Source of the DNA: a virus
Reading direction: 5' to 3' (one strand)
DNA: 64,000 nt
Virus record (IMG/VR): IMGVR_UViG_3300042884_000193
Coordinates: 32,001 to 96,000 of that record
This document shows positions 30,245 to 39,492 of the stretch, piece after piece. The translations under genes were made by a program, and so were the position numbers. Within the stretch, counting starts at the first letter, position 1, and each line of letters begins with the position of its first letter. The notes under the pieces are model-generated. The model made no database searches. It was given only the letters and a program-made list of their open reading frames with translations, and was not told the DNA's origin.

Positions 30245-32542
30245 TTATCCTCCGCATAATAAGCATGGCAAAACACCATCTTCTAAAACTATACTTGTAA
30301 TATTTGCTGAGGTCATAGTATATGTTTGAAAAGTAGGATCGGAACCAGCAACTATTGTAAATCCAATTGCCCATAAACAATTACCATTATAATTAAATAC
30401 GTATGCAGAAAAAGGATCCAGGCTATCTAAAATATTATAATCAAGTACCAGATTAAATTGAGGACAAAGATTAGCACCTCCGCTAGGGGCACTCCCATCA
30501 AGACACTGTGTGCAACCAAAAGTACCTGGATCAACTCCATACGCTCCTACTGTAAATGTATAAGTTATAGGTGGAGGTGGTGGTATAAAAGGATTACCTG
30601 AAGGTTCTGGACAAATAACTGGAACAACAGGTGTTGTTATTATACAGGCTGTAGGATCATTGATAACAGCTAAGTCTGATAAATTCTTTTTAATCCATAA
30701 TCTTTCTAGGTTAATACCATCGCATTGATTACTTATACCATACTTTAACTCTTTAAACAGTCTGTAGTAACCATCTGCAAATCTTATGTTAGCCGTTATA
30801 TCACACTGACTCTGCTGGATCTGATAAAACTTTCTATCAGGCTTAGGAATAACTCTTGTATACTTTATAGGAGCTGGATCTGGTGCTGGAAGACAGCACT
30901 CACAGTCTTTAAATATTTGAAGAACTCCTTCCTCATCTACGTATATAGTAAGATTACTAATTGCTTGATCATCAAAAGGAATTTCTGCTACTTTCCAACA
31001 ACTTCTTGGATCTGTATCTTGTGTTATTTTAACAACCTGCTCAAGTTCTGCAGGTTCTGCAAACTGAGAATTATAAGTATAAAGAATATCTAAAGGATCT
31101 AAACAATTAGTCAACTCATAAACAGGAGGTGGGCCAGGTAATTGACTTGCACAATCTGGACAAGTTCCAAAATTATTTAGTATTGTTATTGCTTGAGGTG
31201 AATCACCTGATTGTTCTACTACTAACCAACAAGTATTCGGATAACCTGCAATATAAAGAACTTGGCCTACGTATCCTGATATACCTGGTGTTAAAGCTAC
31301 CGTTGTGTATTGTGTTTGCTCTAGTGCTATACAGTCCCTTATAGCATAAATAGTCGGAGGTGGATCACATGCTGCGCAGTTTGCAACCGAGATAATATTA
31401 GAATATACCACATGTATTGTATTACTACAATCCTCTGATTCTGTTACATAAAAACAAGAACCATCAATATTAACAAAACCGTCAAGGTAAGATGAGAATT
31501 CAGTATTAGATGCAATTAAAATATCACCTGTTTGACCACAGGGTGTTAATACATAACAAGTTACATCAGCTACAGAACTTGTCATTGCAAGTACTGACTT
31601 CTGGTATGTGTCAGATACAGATGCCGTAAATGTAGTTAAATTAACTTGTTCTAATCTATAGATGGTTTCATCAGCGTCACTGTTAAAAAATCCAACTGGG
31701 GCACCACTTGTAGTAAATCCTTGAAAAAGGGTTGATCCTGATTTAGAGTCAATTGTTGTAGGGGGTATCATACCTACTGTATTTATCCAACTAGCACCTG
31801 CATTGTAAGAATACAATACATTACCATTACCTGCAGAAGCAATTAAAATATTATCACTTGACCAAGCTAGATTAGTATACTTAGGTGATTTGCCCATAGC
31901 AGCAACGGTTGTACCAAAGTACTGGACCATAGTAAAACCTAATCCACCATCTGTTGATCTAAATATTTTTCTTTTTGTAGTTACTATAATAGTAGATGCA
32001 TCTGCTGATAAATGCAGACTTGTTATATAGTCATTAGGAAAAGCAGAGTCTATAACATTACCGGTATATAACGGTAACCATGACACACCGCCATCAATTG
32101 TCTTATATAATTTAGATTCTTGAGATGCAATACCAACTAAATCATTTATAAAATGAATAGCAAGGCATTGAAGGCCAATTACTGCAGTAAAACTATTTAA
32201 GCGATTAAATGATACACCACCATCTGTAGATTTTGCTACACCGCCCATACCCGCTGTATAGATGATACTATTATTATTGGTATAACTTATTCGATAAATA
32301 GTTGGTGTATATGCGCTCCAGTTACCTGTACAAGTTACAAGAGTAGTACCACTATCAACTGACCTAGACAGATAGCCTAATCCTCCTAATATAATTTCAT
32401 TAGGATTAGTGGGATCAGCTTTTACATCATAGAATGCAGGTGAACCACTAATAGATTTATCGGTCCATATGCTTGTAGCATGATCATAGACTTTTAGTTT
32501 TCCCTCATCACCACAATAATATGTTTTACCTATAATGGGCAT
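30245..32542 (-). CDS. BNR/Asp-box beta-propeller protein with Cys-rich repeats (765 aa)
   Basis: Asp-box repeats SVDSGTTL, STDGGVSF, TIDGGVSW, STDGGLGF, SYNAGASW, then repeats ending CxxC. Confidence 0.75.
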   Translation of the reverse strand: MPIIGKTYYCGDEGKLKVYDHATSIWTDKSISGSPAFYDVKADPTNPNEIILGGLGYLSRSVDSGTTLVTCTGNWSAYTPTIYRISYTNNNSIIYTAGMGGVAKSTDGGVSFNRLNSFTAVIGLQCLAIHFINDLVGIASQESKLYKTIDGGVSWLPLYTGNVIDSAFPNDYITSLHLSADASTIIVTTKRKIFRSTDGGLGFTMVQYFGTTVAAMGKSPKYTNLAWSSDNILIASAGNGNVLYSYNAGASWINTVGMIPPTTIDSKSGSTLFQGFTTSGAPVGFFNSDADETIYRLEQVNLTTFTASVSDTYQKSVLAMTSSVADVTCYVLTPCGQTGDILIASNTEFSSYLDGFVNIDGSCFYVTESEDCSNTIHVVYSNIISVANCAACDPPPTIYAIRDCIALEQTQYTTVALTPGISGYVGQVLYIAGYPNTCWLVVEQSGDSPQAITILNNFGTCPDCASQLPGPPPVYELTNCLDPLDILYTYNSQFAEPAELEQVVKITQDTDPRSCWKVAEIPFDDQAISNLTIYVDEEGVLQIFKDCECCLPAPDPAPIKYTRVIPKPDRKFYQIQQSQCDITANIRFADGYYRLFKELKYGISNQCDGINLERLWIKKNLSDLAVINDPTACIITTPVVPVICPEPSGNPFIPPPPPITYTFTVGAYGVDPGTFGCTQCLDGSAPSGGANLCPQFNLVLDYNILDSLDPFSAYVFNYNGNCLWAIGFTIVAGSDPTFQTYTMTSANITSIVLEDGVLPCLLCGG

Positions 32543-32550
32543 ATCTTAAT

Positions 32551-32685
32551 TTATTTAGGTGTATCAATAGTTTTAGCAACAGGTTTTGGTTTGTGTATAC
32601 AATGTGTACACATTTGTTTACCGTCTTTAGTTGTTCTCTTTTGGCAGCCACAACTCAGGGCTGTTCCACAATTTGCGCATTTCAT
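32551..32685 (-). CDS. Small Cys-rich metal-binding protein (44 aa, not in ORF track)
   Basis: MKCANCGTALSCGCQKRTTKDGKQMCTHCIHKPKPVAKTIDTPK; AAACCAAC leader upstream. Confidence 0.7.
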   Translation of the reverse strand: MKCANCGTALSCGCQKRTTKDGKQMCTHCIHKPKPVAKTIDTPK

Positions 32686-32702
32686 GATATGTTGGTTTTA
32701 AA

Positions 32703-33260
32703 TTATTTACACGTTCCACACCCACATCCACAAGCTAACTTAGTAAGTTTACCTAACACATAAGTGTACATTGCCATACCTTCTGTAGGGTTATGACAAT
32801 ACTCTACACGTGCTTTAGCAGCTTGTAACATGGTCCAGAGAAGTTGTACTTCTCTTAATTTATTTGCTAGAGGTGATAGGGGTTCACAATTAGGAACATC
32901 TAGACAACAAAGCAAATCATTTATCTGGTTTAATGCCTGAGTAATACGTAAGTGGTTATACTCAACATAAACAGTCTCATTAGGAGCAACACTGTATCTA
33001 ACAACATATACACCATCAGGAATTGCATTACGTGTAGTTCCACAGTTAGTTAATTGTAAACCTAACTCACATGCTGTATAGTTTACAGAGAAGTCTGTAC
33101 CTGGTTGCAATTCAATTGCAGTGGTAAATCCAGGAGCTGTAATCTCAAGCTTAGGACAATCCAAAGGTACAGTATCATTGTAAGTACTAGTATCTATAAC
33201 TCTAAAGATACAGTTAGTAAGAACATCAGGAATTTCTATTGAGAGTGCGTGTTGTGCCAT
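32703..33260 (-). CDS. Structural (tail/hub-type) protein (185 aa)
   Basis: IPDGVYVVRYSVAP motif; TATCTTTG promoter element upstream. Confidence 0.55.
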   Translation of the reverse strand: MAQHALSIEIPDVLTNCIFRVIDTSTYNDTVPLDCPKLEITAPGFTTAIELQPGTDFSVNYTACELGLQLTNCGTTRNAIPDGVYVVRYSVAPNETVYVEYNHLRITQALNQINDLLCCLDVPNCEPLSPLANKLREVQLLWTMLQAAKARVEYCHNPTEGMAMYTYVLGKLTKLACGCGCGTCK

Positions 33261-33272
33261 AGTACTAAGTTA

Positions 33273-33280
33273 CAAAGATA
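33273..33280 (-). promoter_or_regulatory. Bacteroidota-type -7 promoter element TATCTTTG
   Basis: Matches TAnnTTTG; just after a terminator and 13 nt before an ATG. Confidence 0.55.
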
Positions 33281-33292
33281 TAGTGTAAAAAT

Positions 33293-33330
33293 AAAAAAGG
33301 GAGAGAGTTTTTTTTGCTCCCTCCCTTTTT
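33293..33330. terminator. Intrinsic terminator (potentially bidirectional)
   Basis: AAAAAAGGGAG...CTCCCTTTTT inverted repeat downstream of 33348..34916. Confidence 0.8.
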
Positions 33331-33347
33331 ATAAGTTTTAGTTAAGA

Positions 33348-34916
33348 TTATCGGTTGTCCGCGTTAGGATCAATTGGGTCGCAAGTCTCTGGACAAGCAT
33401 ATGTTGTCAAAGTAGTACAGCCGCTACCTGCGTTGCTCAACCAAGCTTCAACAAAGCCTTCAAATGCTACGTTGTAGTTAGTAGTTGCAGACAATACACT
33501 TGTTGCATCTAATGCTACAGTTATAGGTGCTGTTGCACTACCTAAAGTAATTGTGAATACTGTAGTACTTACTACTTCATAGATGTAAGCATTAGCAACG
33601 ATAGTACCCGTTCCACCTGTTAAAGTAACAACCATACCTGGTAACAAACCTGCTGTAGAAGCTACAGTGATTGTACCATAAGCTGGAATAGCACCTGCAG
33701 CAGCAGTACTTGTAGAAGCAGCAGTTGAATCAATACCTGCAACAACATTATCCTCAGTTACAACAATTTGCAACAAGTACTGATCATTATCAAATACACC
33801 AGTTGGGTTGTTAAAGCGGGGAACATTGTGCTGAATATAATAGCTAGTATAGAAAGCATTGCGATTAATTGTATCATACACGTCTGTACCATTAGTGATC
33901 TCACGGATACGCAAGTCAGATCCAGTATAGAAAGGTTGTTGCATGTAGGCTTCAGTTAAGATAAGCTGACGAATAACATTCTCTCCTGTTCCTTTTAATT
34001 GCTGAGGGGTACAAGTATCATTAACACAGATACCTGTGAAAGCACAAGGATCTCCATTAAGATCTACTTCAGAAGCATAGATTTTAACTGGCTCTAAGAA
34101 AGCAATGATAGAATCATTAGGGTAGAAAGTACAGTCTTGGAAACGTGTATCAACATAAGCTCCTGTAATAATCAAACCAGCACCGTCAGTAGCATCAGCA
34201 GGGTCAACTACAGGAAGAGATGCTGGATTCTGAATGTAACCTAATAATAGATCTAAGTTTGTCGTAGAAGATGTACCATCTCCAAGCTCAGTCCAAGACC
34301 CACCACTGTTAGTTGTATAAGTAATCGCAACTTGAATAAATGGATTAACCAATGGAGAGTTCAACAATTGGTAAGCCCACTGTACGTATACAATCAAAGG
34401 ATTTACAGCTACTGGAGCAATTGCATCAGCTGGACAACATCCAGTGTAACCAGCGGCAGTATAATAACTATTACGAGTTAATGTACGTAATACTGGAGAA
34501 CCTTTGATGTCTACACGCAAGTTGTAAGTTTCACCGCAAAGGAAATCTTTAGTGCAAGTACCACCAAATTCATAGTCTGTATCACCTACTACAATTTGAG
34601 CTTGTTGAGAAGGACAAGATTCTACTTTGTAGAAAGATGATACATACTTAGGGTTGATAGTCTTAGACTTTACAGACTCAGAATATCCACCGTGGAATGG
34701 ACCAATTTTGTCATTAGGGTGAATAGAACCTGATACAAGTACCAATGGGCACTTTAAAGCAGTTGATGGATCAAGATCCGTAGGGATAGTCCAAGTTTTT
34801 GGATCAACAAAAGTAAACTGACCTAGAGTTAAGTCACTTGTTGATAATCCTGGATCAGTAACAAAACCATTGTATCCTACAAAGGTTTTCTGAAAGGCAT
34901 GATTAAAATACGACAT
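33348..34916 (-). CDS. Major structural protein (auxiliary capsid / crAss gene-73-like position), 522 aa
   Basis: Own terminator and promoter-like element suggest high expression; inserted small beta-barrel segment ITVASTAGLLPGMVV; gene order. Confidence 0.5.
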   Translation of the reverse strand: MSYFNHAFQKTFVGYNGFVTDPGLSTSDLTLGQFTFVDPKTWTIPTDLDPSTALKCPLVLVSGSIHPNDKIGPFHGGYSESVKSKTINPKYVSSFYKVESCPSQQAQIVVGDTDYEFGGTCTKDFLCGETYNLRVDIKGSPVLRTLTRNSYYTAAGYTGCCPADAIAPVAVNPLIVYVQWAYQLLNSPLVNPFIQVAITYTTNSGGSWTELGDGTSSTTNLDLLLGYIQNPASLPVVDPADATDGAGLIITGAYVDTRFQDCTFYPNDSIIAFLEPVKIYASEVDLNGDPCAFTGICVNDTCTPQQLKGTGENVIRQLILTEAYMQQPFYTGSDLRIREITNGTDVYDTINRNAFYTSYYIQHNVPRFNNPTGVFDNDQYLLQIVVTEDNVVAGIDSTAASTSTAAAGAIPAYGTITVASTAGLLPGMVVTLTGGTGTIVANAYIYEVVSTTVFTITLGSATAPITVALDATSVLSATTNYNVAFEGFVEAWLSNAGSGCTTLTTYACPETCDPIDPNADNR

Positions 34917-34984
34917 GTTTTTTTGTTTTTAAGGGTTATAAATATATATTCAATATAAGAAGAACTTTTATATTCTCCAAATTT

Positions 34985-35575
34985 TTACAAATAATCTTTC
35001 ATCTCATGGTCAAGTAAGCGCATTGCTGTCTTGTCTGTACCAAAAGCATTGAGCTGGTCTACCCAGTTTTGCATCTTGTTATGCTCTTCTACCTGCTCTT
35101 TTAGATACGCTAATGCAAACTCATATAACATATGATCTGCTTTCTTCATAGCATCATTTGCTAAATCTTTAATCTGCTTAGTTATGGTAATTTCATGGTC
35201 ATAAGACATTTCAATAATTTCAGGCAATCCTGAAAAAGTTTGATTTGGTGCATCTAACTTAGGAGTCATTGGCTGTACGCCCATAGATAACAAGTAAGTT
35301 CTTGCTAAATCTGAATGAGCCATTTCCTCATTAGAGTACTTACGCCAAATTTTAGCAGCATTAACATAACCGTTATTATCTAACCACATAGACATAGCCA
35401 AGTAGATTCTACCTGAGTATTCTTCTTGTTGTACGCGATAGTTTAAATACTCTACGCAGTCATCTGACAATAGTATGTTCTTACCTTTAGTAGGTATTGC
35501 TTTCTTTAAAGTTGCTTGTGGTGCTGTTGTACCTACGACTTCTCTCTTTAGTAAATTTCTTGGTTGTTCGGCCAT
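34985..35575 (-). CDS. ftnA: Ferritin (FtnA-like, non-haem)
   Basis: Ferroxidase-centre pattern QQEEYSGRIY, EEMAH, DHE, EQVEE on a four-helix bundle; ~30-aa basic N-terminal extension. Confidence 0.85.
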   Translation of the reverse strand: MAEQPRNLLKREVVGTTAPQATLKKAIPTKGKNILLSDDCVEYLNYRVQQEEYSGRIYLAMSMWLDNNGYVNAAKIWRKYSNEEMAHSDLARTYLLSMGVQPMTPKLDAPNQTFSGLPEIIEMSYDHEITITKQIKDLANDAMKKADHMLYEFALAYLKEQVEEHNKMQNWVDQLNAFGTDKTAMRLLDHEMKDYL

Positions 35576-35586
35576 TATTGCATGTA

Positions 35587-36291
35587 TTATGAGTTTTCTT
35601 CACTAGAGCTTTGAGCAATTTGATATTGAGTAATTGACTCTATATCACCTGCTAAAACTTGCACAGCGTCATCAACAATAGTTTCAGCGACATCATCTTT
35701 AAATTCACAAGGAACATCTGATGTAACTACAAAACCTGTGTATGGATTAACACAGCCTAAAATTTGTATCTCAACTGGATTTCTATAGTAGATAAGGTTA
35801 ACTGTATCTATAGTAAAATCTGATTCTGTATATACTTTAATCTTGTTACCGGCTAAGGTACAAAATGTTTCTGCCCATTCAAAACTAGGCTTCTTGTTGG
35901 TATCACGTAGCAGAATTGCTGCATTAGCCTCCTCAGCTAAATAAACAATCATGCGCCTTGGATTAGGGCAACAGTCACTAGAGGCATAAGCATCAATTCT
36001 CTTAAACTCCATGTAGTCTGGAGGTAATGATTCTGACATTACATAATCAGGCATGTTAACAGTTGAGAGAGCTGTTGTTGTTAGCAAGGGTTGAAGATCA
36101 TCAATTTTCCTTTTTGATTGCTCATCACCTTGCTTTTGGATATTAATACCTGCAAGTTGTCGACGGACCCATTGGATCTGTGCTTTATTAAAAGCCTCAA
36201 CAATCTGCCAGCACTCTATGTTATCATAGTCATTACTAGCAAGCTTGTTAAGCCTTTGTTTTATTTTAATTTGCAGGGTTGAGTTGTTCAT
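35587..36291 (-). CDS. Head-tail connector ring protein (234 aa)
   Basis: LNKLASN...AFNKAQ...EQSKRKIDDLQPL and YYRNPV motifs; position after MCP-associated genes. Confidence 0.6.
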   Translation of the reverse strand: MNNSTLQIKIKQRLNKLASNDYDNIECWQIVEAFNKAQIQWVRRQLAGINIQKQGDEQSKRKIDDLQPLLTTTALSTVNMPDYVMSESLPPDYMEFKRIDAYASSDCCPNPRRMIVYLAEEANAAILLRDTNKKPSFEWAETFCTLAGNKIKVYTESDFTIDTVNLIYYRNPVEIQILGCVNPYTGFVVTSDVPCEFKDDVAETIVDDAVQVLAGDIESITQYQIAQSSSEENS

Positions 36292-36464
36292 TATCCTTTA
36301 ACTCTTTTTAATCTTGGGTTTTTAGCTTTTGCTTTAGCAGAAGCCTTGCGTGTGCTAGTAGCTAAGATAGCTCCAGCAGCTTTTTTAGAAATGCCTTGTT
36401 TAGCAGCAATCTTAGATTGCACTGATTTAAAACCAGGATGTGCCGAATTACTCTTTTTCATCAT
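36291..36464 (-). CDS. Small K/A-rich basic protein (57 aa, not in ORF track)
   Basis: MMKKSNSAHPGFKSVQSKIAAKQGISKKAAGAILATSTRKASAKAKAKNPRLKRVKG; TAATG overlap with the next gene. Confidence 0.75.
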   Translation of the reverse strand: MMKKSNSAHPGFKSVQSKIAAKQGISKKAAGAILATSTRKASAKAKAKNPRLKRVKG

Positions 36465-36472
36465 CTATACTT

Positions 36473-36727
36473 TTAACATTTCCACTTTCTAAGTGACTTA
36501 TTGATTCTGCTATCAGGATCATTAGCTGTCTTAGAGCTTGTAAGTTTCTTTTTCATACCAGACATTCTAGCACAAAAGCTTTTCTTTCTAGCTCCGCCCT
36601 CTGGTTGCGGTGCCTTCAATCCGGGTTTGCCAGGATTGGCTTTGTTATAAGAAGCACGTCCTTTAGCATTAAGACCACCACTTGGTGCCTTACCCTCTTT
36701 TCTTTGCCATGCTGGTGACTTTGCCAT
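36473..36727 (-). CDS. Small basic phage protein (DUF6321-like, recognised from memory)
   Basis: AWQRKEGK..GGLNAKGRASYN...RKKSFCARM...RINKSLRKWKC pattern. Confidence 0.65.
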   Translation of the reverse strand: MAKSPAWQRKEGKAPSGGLNAKGRASYNKANPGKPGLKAPQPEGGARKKSFCARMSGMKKKLTSSKTANDPDSRINKSLRKWKC

Positions 36728-37113
36728 TATTTCTTTTTTTTAACAGTTCCCCCCGCTTTACGATGCTGTATTTGTGCATTTAATATTGAAAGTTTGTCTC
36801 CTGCACGACCGGCCTTAGTAGCTATTCTATTCCCCAAGTTAAAGTTATTATTTTCATATGCACTTCTTGCTCTATTTTCCAAATTGGCACTTCTGTTAGT
36901 CAAGAAATTTTTCTTAACGTTTTCAGAAAAGGTAGCCTTAGGATCATTTTGTTTAAAAATACCACCTTCCTCGTATTTCTTAACAGATTTAGCTTTAATC
37001 TTTTTCTCTTGCTTAAGCATTTGCGCAGTAGGTTTCTTTCCAGAACCTTTGTTAGCGCGAATGTTATCCCAAAGTCCTCTTTGAGATGTACTTCCATCTT
37101 TGCGCTTAAGCAT
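36727..37113 (-). CDS. Basic protein; start reassigned to ATG 37113
   Basis: MLKRKDGSTSQRGLWDNIRANKG...; the track start (GTG 37134) overlaps the upstream small gene. Confidence 0.65.
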   Translation of the reverse strand: MLKRKDGSTSQRGLWDNIRANKGSGKKPTAQMLKQEKKIKAKSVKKYEEGGIFKQNDPKATFSENVKKNFLTNRSANLENRARSAYENNNFNLGNRIATKAGRAGDKLSILNAQIQHRKAGGTVKKKK

Positions 37114-37117
37114 TTGT

Positions 37118-37252
37118 TTACTTTTTGCAGCCACAGCTAGTCATTTTTGTGGGATACACAGAACTCAAAGCACCACCTCTTTTAAAGGTAGGCTTTGAAT
37201 TAGCATATCCAATTAATGATTTCTTTTCAGCAGTATTTACAATCTTGCTCAT
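37118..37252 (-). CDS. Small basic protein (44 aa, not in ORF track)
   Basis: MSKIVNTAEKKSLIGYANSKPTFKRGGALSSVYPTKMTSCGCKK; fills the gap exactly. Confidence 0.65.
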   Translation of the reverse strand: MSKIVNTAEKKSLIGYANSKPTFKRGGALSSVYPTKMTSCGCKK

Positions 37253-37254
37253 TA

Positions 37255-38142
37255 TTACTTTTTACCACCTTTTTTGTACATACCACCTTTGTTATACATG
37301 CCTCCTTTGTTGTACATAGGTGACATTTTACTACCAGCTCTTCCTCCTCGCTTCTTTTCACTAAGATCAACAATTTTAGTACCTGCTTTCTTCAAGCGAG
37401 TTGAGATAACAGAATTTGATCTTGATGAAGATGATCCACCTTCAGCATTAGAGCTAGAGTTAGCCTTAGAAGATCCTCCTGTTGCACCAGCATCACTTCT
37501 TGATGCAGGATTTGCCTGCACTTTAGTTGTTTGGTTATTGCTGTTAACATTAGTAGTAGTTGAAACAGATTCAGGATTTTTTCCACCACGCAATACTTCA
37601 GCAGTGCGTCTAGCTTTTGCATCTCTAACACCACCTAATACTTCTTCTTTTCTAACTTTTTTATTCCAACGTCCTTCTTGACGAGCTGCTTTATCAGCTG
37701 CTTTGTTTGCTGCTTTAGTTGCTGCTTTATCTTGTCTTATATCAGCTCTTTCGGATCTGCCCTGAACACGTGTAGTACGTCTATCTTGACGATCTTGACG
37801 TCTGTCTGCAGCACCAGGACCTTTACCAGCTATGGCTTTAACTGTATTTTTAACTCCTCTACCTACGGCAGAAGCAGCATCAGCAACAGCATATCTAGCA
37901 TCATCTAGAGCATATCCAACATCAAATGCTACACCTTTAGCTGTATTTTTGTCTTTTGATACACCTTTTTTAACAACTGTTTTAAGATAAGGACCATCAG
38001 TGCGCTTTATCACTGATTTTTTAATATCACCTTTTCTATTTCGAACAACAGTTTCTTTAATAGAATAAGGACTTCCATCACCAACAATAGGAGTGGTTGT
38101 TGTAGTTCTTCTAGGAACTTTGGGTTTTTTACTTGTTGCCAT
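37255..38142 (-). CDS. Highly basic, low-complexity protein (295 aa)
   Basis: K/R/S-rich; ends MYNKGGMYNKGGMYKKGGKK. Confidence 0.75.
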   Translation of the reverse strand: MATSKKPKVPRRTTTTTPIVGDGSPYSIKETVVRNRKGDIKKSVIKRTDGPYLKTVVKKGVSKDKNTAKGVAFDVGYALDDARYAVADAASAVGRGVKNTVKAIAGKGPGAADRRQDRQDRRTTRVQGRSERADIRQDKAATKAANKAADKAARQEGRWNKKVRKEEVLGGVRDAKARRTAEVLRGGKNPESVSTTTNVNSNNQTTKVQANPASRSDAGATGGSSKANSSSNAEGGSSSSRSNSVISTRLKKAGTKIVDLSEKKRGGRAGSKMSPMYNKGGMYNKGGMYKKGGKK

Positions 38143-38159
38143 TATATTATGGGATTGAA

Positions 38160-38348
38160 TTAGTATTTATCAGGTTTAGCTTGTGGTTTATTTACTCCAC
38201 CAGATTTTGCATTTTTAGGTGCGCTGTTCTGTGCAGTAGCTTTTGCATTTAAACCTACATATGTGCCACTTGATTTAGGTGCACGCTCTACTGTAACGGG
38301 TGTGTTTAAGTTTACCCACACTCCACATGCTGAATTCTTTGTTTTCAT
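38160..38348 (-). CDS. Small basic protein (62 aa)
   Basis: Internal repeat GVWVNLN / GTYVGLN with APK.SG; in operon context. Confidence 0.65.
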   Translation of the reverse strand: MKTKNSACGVWVNLNTPVTVERAPKSSGTYVGLNAKATAQNSAPKNAKSGGVNKPQAKPDKY

Positions 38349-38386
38349 TTTGATATATAAATATTAAGTTGTTATATTAAAGATAA

Positions 38387-39406
38387 TCATTGATTCCAAT
38401 ACTTTTCTACTTTTTTGGTTAAATCTACCAAAATTTCTTCATTTAAAGGATTAGTAAGATACTCTACAACATCTGGTTGGTTACGACCTAGTAGCACATT
38501 TTTATCTTTATGGTAGATAAATCCATCAGCTTTAGCTACAATAAACTTATAGTAAGTTGCATCTTTAACCAAAGACTTAATTTTCAAAGTCTCCATGCTA
38601 AAGTTACATGCATCTAAAAACTGTTGAGCTGCACGATTAGCACTTTTCTCAGAACCTTCTCCGGTAATATAGGTATCCATGTTGTCATAGATAATATCAT
38701 TTGGTGTGTTCTTCTTGTACTGAGCACTTGCACTATCAACAACTTTAGCTATATACCATAGTTTGTTTGTATTCTTATCAAATAGTTTTTGTAACTCAGA
38801 CAAAGCTTTATTACGTAACTTCTTAGTTTCTGTTTTAGTAGATACGGTTTCAACATGCTTATCCAAGTAAAACTTAGGAACCGGCATTTTTGATCTTGCA
38901 TCTTCATAGCTTTTAGCAACGATGCTAAAGCCACCTGCATTAATCGCATACATCTTAACTAGATCATAAGGATCTTTAGGATCAAGAAATACTGGATCAT
39001 TACCACACTTTAATTCAAGTTTAGACCAGAAATCATCATTGTCAGGTCTAAGCAATTTAACTTTTGCCCAAAAGTCTTTGTCCTCTACATCAAGAACATT
39101 TGCTGCAAGCTCTCTTTCAATTTCTGCAACCACATTTCTAATTTCTTTAATTACAGCAGCTCTTACTTCTGGATCAGGAATGTTTTTAACATCTGGTGCA
39201 AATTCATTAAGCCCTGTTACATATCTTTTAATTCCATTGAATTCTAGACATGCTAATTGTTCAATATGTTTTACTCCCTCATAGAGAGACATTCCGTATT
39301 TCTCTAATCCCATATTTGATATTCTGTCATCAAAATATGGTTTAATTGCTATTGGTGAGCGCTTAGTCTCTGAGTAACGCTCTACTTTTGTAAATGATGT
39401 TGACAT
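38387..39406 (-). CDS. Conserved structural protein downstream of MCP (crAss gene-75-like), 339 aa
   Basis: YVTGLNE and FW...FLDPKDPYD motifs; position directly after MCP. Confidence 0.6.
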   Translation of the reverse strand: MSTSFTKVERYSETKRSPIAIKPYFDDRISNMGLEKYGMSLYEGVKHIEQLACLEFNGIKRYVTGLNEFAPDVKNIPDPEVRAAVIKEIRNVVAEIERELAANVLDVEDKDFWAKVKLLRPDNDDFWSKLELKCGNDPVFLDPKDPYDLVKMYAINAGGFSIVAKSYEDARSKMPVPKFYLDKHVETVSTKTETKKLRNKALSELQKLFDKNTNKLWYIAKVVDSASAQYKKNTPNDIIYDNMDTYITGEGSEKSANRAAQQFLDACNFSMETLKIKSLVKDATYYKFIVAKADGFIYHKDKNVLLGRNQPDVVEYLTNPLNEEILVDLTKKVEKYWNQ

Positions 39407-39446
39407 GTTTGTTGGTTTTATTTTTTATTGGTTTTGTAAAGATAGT

Positions 39447-39477
39447 AAAAAGGGGGAGATTTTAACCTCCCCCTTTT
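39447..39477 (-). terminator. Intrinsic terminator after MCP
   Basis: AAAAAGGGGGAG-ATTTTAAC-CTCCCCCTTTT. Confidence 0.85.
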
Positions 39478-39492
39478 ACAGATTATTTAAGA

